Below the pieces are notes generated by a model. The model had not been told where the DNA came from and ran no database searches. It saw only the letters and a list, made by a program, of their open reading frames with translations. This document shows, piece by piece, positions 47,806 to 55,903 of a stretch of 64,000 bases of DNA. The stretch spans positions 258,621 through 322,620 of the forward strand of contig CAKQGN010000001.1 of NCBI GenBank assembly GCA_934233745.1, in the 5' to 3' direction. This DNA is from an uncultured Clostridia bacterium. GTDB taxonomy: Bacteria > Bacillota > Clostridia > Christensenellales > CAG-917. How positions within the stretch are numbered: position 1 is the stretch's first letter; every line of letters starts with the position of its first letter. The translations under genes were made by a program, and so were the position numbers.

Positions 47806-48114
47806 ATGGCTTCCGACAGGGAATATCTGAATTTTATCCTCGAACAGACGGCAAAACTGAATTTGACTCATCGCGCCATGATGAGCGAGTTTTTGCTATA
47901 CAAAGACGGCGTGTATTTCGGCGGAATTTTTGATGACAGATTGCTTGTCAAAATGACGAAAAGCGTTGAAAAATACGCAATGAGCGAGCAACTTCCGTAT
48001 GAGGGCGCAACGCCGATGTATCTTGTCGATTGCGTGGACGACGCGGAAATTCTATGCGAAATCGTCTGCGATGTGGTGAGGGATTTGAAAAAAAACTTAA
48101 AGCAAAGAAAGTAG
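47806..48114 (+). CDS. TfoX N-terminal-domain-like protein
   Basis: About 100 aa with the pattern RAMMSEFLLYKDGVYFGGIFDDRLLVK, reminiscent of TfoX_N. Assignment from memory. Confidence 0.5.
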   Translation: MASDREYLNFILEQTAKLNLTHRAMMSEFLLYKDGVYFGGIFDDRLLVKMTKSVEKYAMSEQLPYEGATPMYLVDCVDDAEILCEIVCDVVRDLKKNLKQRK

Positions 48115-48207
48115 TTTTGTGCTTTGTTGTTTGCGACAAAAAAAATACAAAACGCATGTTTAACGTGCGTTTTTGTTTTTTTAACGTCTTGTTTTGTTCT
48201 ATTGCGG

Positions 48208-48885
48208 TTATCTTTCCGCCAACGATTCCGCCTTCATCATCAGGTCGTAAAGCGGCTTTATCATCTCAAATTGTTCGCACAATACGTTTGCCAGATTGCA
48301 AGAGAAAAGAAGGTCGATGTCCGTCGAGTCGGCGATGAAGCAAATGTCTTTTTTTTCAAGCCATCTGCTCAAATCTTCGGGATAGTCCGCATAGCGCGGC
48401 TTTTTGAAAGTTTCGCCCACCATCTTGAATGCGGATTGCTTGTCAAAGCACTCTTTCGCTTTTTGAAAAGCGGGGGAATTCGACAAAACCAAGTTGCGCA
48501 GGCTTGCCATGCTTTTTGCGTCCGCCATATAGTATCCGCAACCATAGCTGAATTTGTAAGGGGACAACTCGAAAAAGAATCCCGGCAGACCGCACCCAGC
48601 GTTTGTTCCCCTCATAAAAGTGAGCCACATATGATCGCGGTAAAGACTTGTTTTGTCCTTCGCAAAGCGCAAATCCTTATATAGTCGCGACACGATGCTT
48701 TTGGGTTCGGTTATCATTTTATCGTCGATTTCGAGCATGCGAGGGGACATTGCGGTTACAAGATCGCGAAAGGGCACTGCGAGGTACTGTTTGAAGTCCT
48801 CTTTATGTTCTGCGTACCAGAGTTTTGAGTTGTATTTGTTGTTGAAATACAAAAAGTCAAGCGACCTTTGCGTGAATGTCGTCAT
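48208..48885 (-). CDS. DUF2461 (TIGR02453)-like protein
   Basis: 225 aa; N-terminal FLYFNNKYNSKLWYAEHKEDF and GCGYYMAD blocks as I remember for DUF2461. Translationally coupled to the upstream TetR gene. Confidence 0.55.
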   Translation of the reverse strand: MTTFTQRSLDFLYFNNKYNSKLWYAEHKEDFKQYLAVPFRDLVTAMSPRMLEIDDKMITEPKSIVSRLYKDLRFAKDKTSLYRDHMWLTFMRGTNAGCGLPGFFFELSPYKFSYGCGYYMADAKSMASLRNLVLSNSPAFQKAKECFDKQSAFKMVGETFKKPRYADYPEDLSRWLEKKDICFIADSTDIDLLFSCNLANVLCEQFEMIKPLYDLMMKAESLAER

Positions 48886-49481
48886 TTATTTTCAAAAAGT
48901 GCAACCAGCGTGTCTTTGACGATGTTGCGCATAGCGTCGTAGTCGATGTAGGTGTGGTGATCGTACACGTACTCGTGCGAGAAAGATTGCACGATATCCA
49001 TAGCAAAGTGTATACGCTCGTTGAGATTGTCTTTTTTGACGCCGAGATCGGCAAACTTTTGCGCAATTGAGAGGGTGATTTCGTCTTCGAGTTCGATAAA
49101 CTTGTTGTTGACCGCCTCGTCGCTGTGAGAGAGCGAATGAAGTGCCTCGTGAATATTTGCGTATTGTTTGTGCGTGTCGATTGCGCCGTCCAAAACATGA
49201 GTTATTGTTTCGTCGAAATTTACGGGAGCGGTGAGATTTTGAATCATATTAAGCACCGGTGCAAAAGCGGTGTTGACATAAATCTCCAAAACATCGAGAA
49301 GAATATCTCTTTTGTCCTTGAAATATCCGTAAACGATACCCGTTGACACACCCGCGAGTTTTGCGATCTCGGCAGTGTTGGTATTGTAATATCCGACTTT
49401 TGAAAAAAGTTCAAAACCGGCGCGGACTATGCGATTCTTTTTTTCTATCGATCTTTCTTGTTTCGGCTCTCTGATGTCCAT
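48882..49481 (-). CDS. TetR/AcrR-family transcriptional regulator
   Basis: HTH region NTAEIAKLAGVSTGIVYGYFKDKRDIL. The start could be 49517 or 49481. Confidence 0.8.
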   Translation of the reverse strand: MDIREPKQERSIEKKNRIVRAGFELFSKVGYYNTNTAEIAKLAGVSTGIVYGYFKDKRDILLDVLEIYVNTAFAPVLNMIQNLTAPVNFDETITHVLDGAIDTHKQYANIHEALHSLSHSDEAVNNKFIELEDEITLSIAQKFADLGVKKDNLNERIHFAMDIVQSFSHEYVYDHHTYIDYDAMRNIVKDTLVALFENK

Positions 49482-49600
49482 TTTGCAAAAATCCTTTGAG
49501 TTTTTGTGCGTATTCACACGTTTTTGTCGCTTTTTCAGGCGACTCTATATTGATTATTTATATTATATAACTTGTTCAAAAATAAATCAACAAGAAAAAC

Positions 49601-49616
49601 ATGAAAAATTTTTCAT
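49601..49616. promoter_or_regulatory. perfect 16-bp palindrome ATGAAAAATTTTTCAT (candidate operator)
   Basis: ATGAA-N6-TTCAT, upstream of the feo promoter. Confidence 0.5.
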
Positions 49617-49634
49617 ATTTCTTTTTCAAAACTG

Positions 49635-49663
49635 TTGACATCCGTTTTTTTTAGATGTAATAT
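49635..49663 (+). promoter_or_regulatory. sigma-70-type promoter of the feo operon
   Basis: TTGACA - 17 nt - TAATAT. Confidence 0.65.
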
Positions 49664-49673
49664 TCTAACGTAA

Positions 49674-49693
49674 ATATGAATAAAAGTTCATAT
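49674..49693. promoter_or_regulatory. palindrome ATATGAA-N6-TTCATAT (candidate operator at the feo transcription start)
   Basis: Same ATGAA-N6-TTCAT core as 49601-49616; begins 10 nt after the -10 box. Confidence 0.5.
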
Positions 49694-49738
49694 TCACATT
49701 ACCGAATGAATAAAATCGGCTTAAAGGAGAGAGAGATT

Positions 49739-49951
49739 ATGCCGCTTGTATTTGCACCGATCGGAAAAGATTTGAGAATCGTCAAGATTTTGACTGACGA
49801 CAAGACAAAAAAACATCTTGAAAGTTTGGGTATTACCATCGATTCTACAATCAGCATCATATCCCAAAGCGGGGGAAGCGTCATCTGCCTTATCAAAGAC
49901 GGGCGTCTTGCTTTGGACAAAGAAATGGCAACAAAAATATTGGTAGCATAA
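49739..49951 (+). CDS. feoA: FeoA-family protein
   Basis: 70-aa SH3-like FeoA pattern (LRIVKI...LESLGI...GGSVICLIKDGRLALDKEMA). RBS AAAGGAGAG. Confidence 0.8.
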   Translation: MPLVFAPIGKDLRIVKILTDDKTKKHLESLGITIDSTISIISQSGGSVICLIKDGRLALDKEMATKILVA

Positions 49952-49966
49952 AAATAGGAGGACACA

Positions 49967-50200
49967 ATGGAAAAGCTACTCAGTGATTTCGTTATAGGTG
50001 AACAGGGCGTCATCAAATCCGTTGCAGGAGACGGAAGAATCAGACGTCGTTTGTTCGACATGGGCGTGACACCCGGCGCTGAAGTTTATCTCAGAAAGAA
50101 AGCACCGCTTGGCGACCCTATCGAAGTGACAATCAGAGGTTATGAATTGACGCTTCGCAAAACCGAGGCATCTGCCGTTACAATGGAGGTTAATGACTGA
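49967..50200 (+). CDS. feoA: FeoA-family protein (second copy)
   Basis: GEQGVIKSV...RRRLFDMGVTPGAEV...GDPIEVTIRGYELTLRKTEA. Confidence 0.85.
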   Translation: MEKLLSDFVIGEQGVIKSVAGDGRIRRRLFDMGVTPGAEVYLRKKAPLGDPIEVTIRGYELTLRKTEASAVTMEVND

Positions 50201-52815
50201 TGAAAAGATTTGCTCTTGCAGGCAACCCCAACTGCGGTAAAACAACTTTGTTTAACTCGTTGACGGGTTCCACGGCACACGTAGGCAACTGGCCTGGCGT
50301 CACGGTCGATAAAAAAGAGGGTACATACAAAAAATGCGCAGAACCCATTTCGATTGTTGACCTTCCCGGCATTTATTCACTCTCTCCGTATACACCCGAA
50401 GAAGTGATTTCGAGAAATTACATCCTTGAAGAAAAACCCGATTGCGTCATCAATATCGTGGACGCAACAAACCTCGAACGCAACCTTTATCTTACGACTC
50501 AGATCATGGAAATCGACGTTCCTATGATTATCGCGCTCAACATGATGGACACCGTTGAAAAGAACGGTGACAAGATTGACGCAAAGAGTCTTGAAGAAAA
50601 AATCGGTCTTCCCGTTGTCGAGATTTCCGCTTTGCGCGAAAAAGGCCTTGACGAACTCATGCAGAGAGCGTACGAAGTTTGCGGGCAACCGAGAAAGGGC
50701 AGAACCGTACTCGAAGGCACTCAACTTACGCACCTCATCAACGATTGCAGAATAGCACTCGAAGGCAGCGGAGTCGAGAATTCTCTTTTCCATGCGGTGA
50801 AACTTGTCGAACTCGATGAAATCGAAGTCGGTCAACATCCGCAGGCGGCTCAAATGGTCGAGGAGTTCAAAAAGACCTTCAAAGACGACGTTTTCGGAAC
50901 GGATTTCGAAGCAATCGTCGCAGACGCTCGCTATAAGTACATTTCAAAGAACTATTCTTCTGTGGTAACAAAGAAAGAAAAAACCGAAAAAGAAAAGCTC
51001 AGCGCATCCGACAAAGCGGATAAGGTGCTTACGCACAAGGTTTGGGGTATTCCTATCTTCCTTGTGATTTTGTTTTTGGTGTTCCACCTCACGTTTGCAG
51101 AGGACTTCTTGTTCCTCGGTGCAGGCGGTGTGTTCGACAAAGAAGCGGTAGCATATCTCGACGCGCAGGCAACTCAGGTTGCGGACTTTGCTCAAAACCC
51201 GTATGACGAAGGGACAACCTATTATACCGAAGACGGATTCAAAGCGGAACTCACGTTTGCGGAGGACGGTAAACTCGAATCCGTCGAACCAAAAGCGCAT
51301 GTTTACACCGCGGATCACGAATTGAAATACGTTGACGAACTTGATGAAAGTCAACTGAATCAAAAATTCTATGCCGACGAAAAAGGCAAATGGGAAGTTA
51401 CCGTTGCGGCAAACGATGACGGCGAACTCGAATCGTCTTTCGTAAGCAGTATAGACGAATGGTGTTCGGGAATCAGTGCGGCAACCTTCTTCGGATATGA
51501 AGAAAGCGTTTACGGCCCGGGAGTCATTCTTGCAAACATCCTCAACACGTTTACCGAGTTCCTTAGCGTTTGCGTAAACGAAGGTCTTACGCTTGCAGGT
51601 GCGCCGGAATGGTGTACGGGACTCATCGTTGACGGCGTTCTCGGCGGCTTGTTCGCGGTGCTAGGTTTCTTGCCGCAAATCCTCTTGCTGTTCTTGTTCT
51701 TCTCGATTTTGGAAGACAGTGGCTATATGGCGCGTGTGGCGTTCATTCTCGACAGAATTTTCAGAAGATTCGGCTTGTCGGGCAGGGCGTTCATGCCGAT
51801 GATTATGGGCTTCGGTTGCTCCGTTCCCGCATTCATCAACACACGTACTCTTGCCGACGAAAACGAGAGAATCGCAACGATCAGAGTCATTCCGTTCTTC
51901 AGCTGCGGCGCAAAACTCCCGATTCTTACGGCTATCGCGGGCGGTATCGCAACACAGTTCGGATTCTCGCACCCCGACGTCATCACCTATATGATGTATG
52001 TGCTGGGCGTGGCAGTTGCAATCTGCGCAGTCATCCTGATGCGCGCAACGACAATGAAGGGCGAAGTTCCCCCGTTTATTATGGAACTGCCCGCATATCA
52101 CATGCCTCAACCCAAAAACCTGGCTCTCCACCTTTGGGACAAGACGAAGCACTTTGTGAAAAAAGCATTTACAATCATCCTTGCGTCGACAATCCTCATT
52201 TGGTTCATCAGCCATTTCAGCTGGACATGGCAATTCCTTGCGGACGAACAAATGGATAAATCGATTCTTGCAGGTATCGGCGGACTCATTCAACCTCTGT
52301 TTACACCGCTCGGATTCGGTTCGCAACTTAAAGCATTCGGTTGGGTGTTCGCAGTTGCGGCAATCACAGGTCTTATCGCCAAAGAGAACGTTATCGCAAC
52401 GTTCGGCACATTGGCGGCATGTATCGTCGGCGGTATGATTGACGTCGAAGCAGACGGCGGTATCGCCGCGGCAGGCACAATGATCGCCGCAACAGGCATC
52501 GACGTGCCGGGCTTGATTGCATTCATCGCATTCAACATGCTCACGATTCCGTGCTTTGCAGCCGTTGCAACCGCAAAGGCAGAACTCCCGACAAAGAAGT
52601 CATACAGAATGACATTGCTCTTCTGGGTAGGCACAAGCTATATCGTGTCCATGATGATCTACCTCATCGGCGCATGGTGGTGGACAGTGTTCATCTTCGC
52701 AGCGATTTGGGCGGCGATCATCACGCTGATCGTGCTAGACAATAAGGGTAAGATCAACGTCAAGAAGTTCTTTGACGACCTCGGCGCAAAACTCAAAATA
52801 AAAAAGAACGCGTAA
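50200..52815 (+). CDS. feoB: ferrous iron transporter FeoB with an enlarged first extracytoplasmic loop
   Basis: G-domain GNPNCGKTTLFN, DLPG, NMMD. Membrane-domain motifs LEDSGYMARVAF and GFGCSVPA. 871 aa. Confidence 0.95.
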   Translation: MKRFALAGNPNCGKTTLFNSLTGSTAHVGNWPGVTVDKKEGTYKKCAEPISIVDLPGIYSLSPYTPEEVISRNYILEEKPDCVINIVDATNLERNLYLTTQIMEIDVPMIIALNMMDTVEKNGDKIDAKSLEEKIGLPVVEISALREKGLDELMQRAYEVCGQPRKGRTVLEGTQLTHLINDCRIALEGSGVENSLFHAVKLVELDEIEVGQHPQAAQMVEEFKKTFKDDVFGTDFEAIVADARYKYISKNYSSVVTKKEKTEKEKLSASDKADKVLTHKVWGIPIFLVILFLVFHLTFAEDFLFLGAGGVFDKEAVAYLDAQATQVADFAQNPYDEGTTYYTEDGFKAELTFAEDGKLESVEPKAHVYTADHELKYVDELDESQLNQKFYADEKGKWEVTVAANDDGELESSFVSSIDEWCSGISAATFFGYEESVYGPGVILANILNTFTEFLSVCVNEGLTLAGAPEWCTGLIVDGVLGGLFAVLGFLPQILLLFLFFSILEDSGYMARVAFILDRIFRRFGLSGRAFMPMIMGFGCSVPAFINTRTLADENERIATIRVIPFFSCGAKLPILTAIAGGIATQFGFSHPDVITYMMYVLGVAVAICAVILMRATTMKGEVPPFIMELPAYHMPQPKNLALHLWDKTKHFVKKAFTIILASTILIWFISHFSWTWQFLADEQMDKSILAGIGGLIQPLFTPLGFGSQLKAFGWVFAVAAITGLIAKENVIATFGTLAACIVGGMIDVEADGGIAAAGTMIAATGIDVPGLIAFIAFNMLTIPCFAAVATAKAELPTKKSYRMTLLFWVGTSYIVSMMIYLIGAWWWTVFIFAAIWAAIITLIVLDNKGKINVKKFFDDLGAKLKIKKNA

Positions 52816-52861
52816 GTCGCGCAAAATGCGCAATACAGACTTTGCGTGAAAAGAGCGAAAT

Positions 52862-53185
52862 ATGACAAACTTAGTTTTTGAATCTGTTTTGTCGGCAATG
52901 CACCCGATCGGAATCGTGACGATAGTCGTTGCGGTTGCGATTGTGGCAGGCGTCATCATCGCGTCAATCGTAAGAAAAGCGAAAGGCAAGCCTTCGCTCG
53001 GAAGCGATTGCGCAGGATGCTCGCACGCAGGGAAGTGCAACGGACATTGCAACTTGCAAGACAAAGATGTCGATTGGACGGAACTTGTCAAGCAACGCAA
53101 AGCCGAACTCGAAGCTCAACGCTTAAAAAGCGAGAAAGAATCTCAACAATCGCAGGATTCGGAGCATGCCGACAGCAATAATTAG
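52862..53185 (+). CDS. FeoB-associated Cys-rich membrane protein with extended charged tail
   Basis: One TM helix, then KAKGKPSLGSDCAGCSHAGKCNGHC. Position immediately after feoB. The start may be the internal ATG at 52898. Confidence 0.7.
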   Translation: MTNLVFESVLSAMHPIGIVTIVVAVAIVAGVIIASIVRKAKGKPSLGSDCAGCSHAGKCNGHCNLQDKDVDWTELVKQRKAELEAQRLKSEKESQQSQDSEHADSNN

Positions 53186-53558
53186 TTCAACTTCGCATTG
53201 AATAATGATAACCTCAATGCACAAAACAACAGATAGTTGTAGCAATACGACAATCTATATTCTCTCTCAAAAGCAGGGGAAGCGCAAATTGCGCTTCCCC
53301 TGCTTTACATAAATTTCAAATCGCTTGCTTGCAATACTATTGCGAGTGCGCCGATACAATCAATATATTTCGGGAATTTCTATATCTCATGCCAAGAGTG
53401 ATAGAATTGTTTGACATTGTTTTGTCAATACGCTAAAATAGCAGAGTAGTGCAAAGGCGATACGGCATATGCATTCAAATCATTCGAGCATTATTGCGTA
53501 CGTTTGATTTTACGCCCGCCCTCGGAGAGCTGCTCCGTGTAAAAATCAACAGCAACCT

Positions 53559-53645
53559 GCGGACATGGCGGAATTGGCAGACGCGTTAGATTCAGGTTCT
53601 AATTTTCGAAAGGAAGTGGAGGTTCAAGTCCTCTTGCCCGCACCA
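53559..53645 (+). tRNA. tRNA-Leu (anticodon CAG)
   Basis: 87-nt class-II tRNA folded by hand. D-arm TGGCGGAATTGGCAGACGCG, anticodon loop TT-CAG-GT, long variable arm, T-loop TTCAAGT, encoded CCA. One A:C mismatch in the acceptor stem (5:68). Confidence 0.85.
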
Positions 53646-53652
53646 AACAAGA

Positions 53653-53696
53653 ATAAAACGAACCTTGATGAAAAGTCAAAGTTCGTTTTATTTTTT
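53653..53696 (+). terminator. intrinsic terminator after tRNA-Leu
   Basis: ATAAAACGAAC-N17-GTTCGTTTTAT followed by T6. Confidence 0.75.
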
Positions 53697-53859
53697 ACAA
53701 GAGATTATTTCGGACTAAAAATCAAACTATAAAAACATTACATCTTTTAACCGAGTGGTTTATCGATAGTGTTTTTGCAAAAAATCAAAAATCACTATCA
53801 GTAACTTAGTTTTTTTGAAACTGACACCACATAAAATCAAAAAAATCGCTGAACAATTA

Positions 53860-53888
53860 TTGACAAATAAGGTATAAAACTGTATAAT
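53860..53888 (+). promoter_or_regulatory. sigma-70-type promoter of the abiE pair
   Basis: TTGACA - 17 nt - TATAAT. Confidence 0.7.
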
Positions 53889-53923
53889 CTAAGAGCAAAT
53901 GGAATATAATATAGCGAGGAAAT

Positions 53924-54547
53924 ATGGAACTTGTTAGATGCTTAAAAAATCAATATGGAGAAAACACGCCTATCTTTTTTGAAGATATTGCCAATGTTTG
54001 TTCCGGATATACAAGAGGACGTGTATATCAACTTATTGATGCCGCTATGAATAGCGGCCTTTTGGCTAAGGCGGGATATGATTGCTACTATATTCCTACA
54101 ATAACTCCGTTTGGCAAGTCCTTGCTTAATCCCCGAAAGGTGATTGAGAAAAAATATATATCGAACAAGGGTGAAGTGTATGGCTTTTATACGGGGTTGG
54201 CATTGCTTAATAGTTTTGGCATAACGACTCAAATGCCGAACGTCATAGAAGTTTTCACAAACAATGAAGCCACAAAATCAAGACATGTGACAATAAACAA
54301 TCAGACGATTATAGTCAAAAGGGCGCGTACTACAATAAATAACTCGAACTACAAAGAGATGATGCTTTTGGAATTGTTCAACCTTGCGGATATTCGTTCT
54401 ATTGACGCACGGGCGACACAAAAAATCGTTGATTATATGAAACAGAACAATATATCCATTCAAGGTATTATGAAATACGCCAAGTTCGTTCCTGCGAGAG
54501 CTATAAAGAATTTTATGAGTAGCGAGGTGCAAAATGTTTTTGCATAA
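53924..54547 (+). CDS. abiEi: AbiEi-family antitoxin / transcriptional regulator (type IV TA)
   Basis: 207 aa; N-terminal wHTH-like segment (GRVYQLIDAAMNSGLLAKAG). Paired with, and overlapping by 14 nt, an AbiEii gene. Confidence 0.7.
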   Translation: MELVRCLKNQYGENTPIFFEDIANVCSGYTRGRVYQLIDAAMNSGLLAKAGYDCYYIPTITPFGKSLLNPRKVIEKKYISNKGEVYGFYTGLALLNSFGITTQMPNVIEVFTNNEATKSRHVTINNQTIIVKRARTTINNSNYKEMMLLELFNLADIRSIDARATQKIVDYMKQNNISIQGIMKYAKFVPARAIKNFMSSEVQNVFA

Positions 54548-55436
54548 AGATAAAAATCTATTTGAACAAACGATATTTCAAGTTGCTCAAAGAAGTGGAA
54601 TTGAGTCCGGAATTATAGAAAAGGATTATTATGTTTCCTTATTGCTCAAAGAATTGAGTCAAACGCTTCCGTCTATGATATTCAAAGGCGGAACGTCTTT
54701 GTCTAAATGCCATAAAGTAATAAAAAGATTTTCTGAAGACATCGATATTACGTTGGATGAAAATCATTTGTCGCAAGGCAATCGCAAGAGCGTAAAAACG
54801 GCGATTGTAAACGCATGCGAAAAGCTGGGATTCTCTATATCGAATCTCGATGACATAAAAAGCAGAAAGGATTTCAACCATTACAAGATAGAGTATGCCG
54901 GCTTGTTTATGATTGACGGGCTAAAGCCTGATATAGAAATAGACACGATTTTTTCAATTCGTTCTTTTCCGTATGAGCAAAAATTGGCTACGAGTATAAT
55001 TTATGATTATCTTCATGAAATGGGACTAGATGAGTTTATCGACACATATGAACTCTTGCCGTATCCTGTAAACACACAATCTATCGATAGAACTTTCATT
55101 GATAAGGTTTTTGCATTGTGTGATTACTATTTGGAAGGTGAAACAAAAGAGAGGTCACGGCATCTTTACGATATTTATAAACTGTATCCGCTTTTATCTG
55201 ATGACAATGTGATAAGAGTGCTTGCAAAAGAAACACGAGATACAAGGGCAAATAGTCCGTTTTGTGAATCGGCAAAATCTACAAAAGGCATAAACGTACT
55301 TCTTCAAGAAATAATCGATAAAGAGTATTATAGGATTGATTACAAGGAAAACACATCAATCTTATTATATGACGATATATCATATGAAGAAGCGATAACT
55401 GTTCTTGCGAAAATAATTAGCAAAAAACTGTTTTGA
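54534..55436 (+). CDS. abiEii: AbiEii/AbiGii-family nucleotidyltransferase toxin
   Basis: Motifs IIEKDYYVS, FKGGTSLSK and RFSEDIDIT (the NTase GS...DxD pattern of DUF1814/AbiEii). Confidence 0.8.
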   Translation: MFLHKDKNLFEQTIFQVAQRSGIESGIIEKDYYVSLLLKELSQTLPSMIFKGGTSLSKCHKVIKRFSEDIDITLDENHLSQGNRKSVKTAIVNACEKLGFSISNLDDIKSRKDFNHYKIEYAGLFMIDGLKPDIEIDTIFSIRSFPYEQKLATSIIYDYLHEMGLDEFIDTYELLPYPVNTQSIDRTFIDKVFALCDYYLEGETKERSRHLYDIYKLYPLLSDDNVIRVLAKETRDTRANSPFCESAKSTKGINVLLQEIIDKEYYRIDYKENTSILLYDDISYEEAITVLAKIISKKLF

Positions 55437-55443
55437 TTGATGT

Positions 55444-55472
55444 GTTCAACTGCGGTTGCTTTCTGCGCACCA
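55444..55472 (+). repeat. degenerate copy of the tRNA-Leu 3' end (possible attR remnant)
   Basis: GTTCAACTGCGGTTGCTTTCTGCGCACCA compared with the tRNA 3' end GTTCAAGTCCTCTTGCCCGCACCA. They share GTTCAA, TTGC and CGCACCA. It sits directly after the AbiEii stop. Confidence 0.4.
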
Positions 55473-55626
55473 GGATGAACCCGGTTGAACCAGAAAGGTT
55501 TGACCGGGTTTTTCTTTTTCTAATATTTATAATATTAGGCATACATTTCAAACCTAGCATACATTTCAAATCTAATGGTTTTCTTTTTATATTCATTATT
55601 AAACGATGTTTTGGAGTGAGAAAACG

Positions 55627-55655
55627 TTGACCGATGACGAATATTGTGGTAAAAT
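55627..55655 (+). promoter_or_regulatory. sigma-70-type promoter upstream of the dlt-like cluster
   Basis: TTGACC - 17 nt - TAAAAT, preceded by TGG (extended -10-like). About 245 nt upstream of the first start codon. Confidence 0.65.
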
Positions 55656-55903
55656 GTAAAAAATGTATGTTAAAATCAAGAGGTTGTATGGTTTTTCGGT
55701 TTTCAATCCATACATGTGCACGAGTGGCTTTGTGCAGAGATTTTGACAGCATTGTTTGTGGTATTGACCGAACTTTGGCGGCATGACGTCGCAAGGGCGG
55801 TGTTGTTCTTATGCCGAGAAGGATTGCAACGAAAGGTAGGATTCCTTTTGGCGGTTTTTGGGGTTGATATGCAATCGGCGTTAGATTGAAATCGGAGATA
55901 TCA

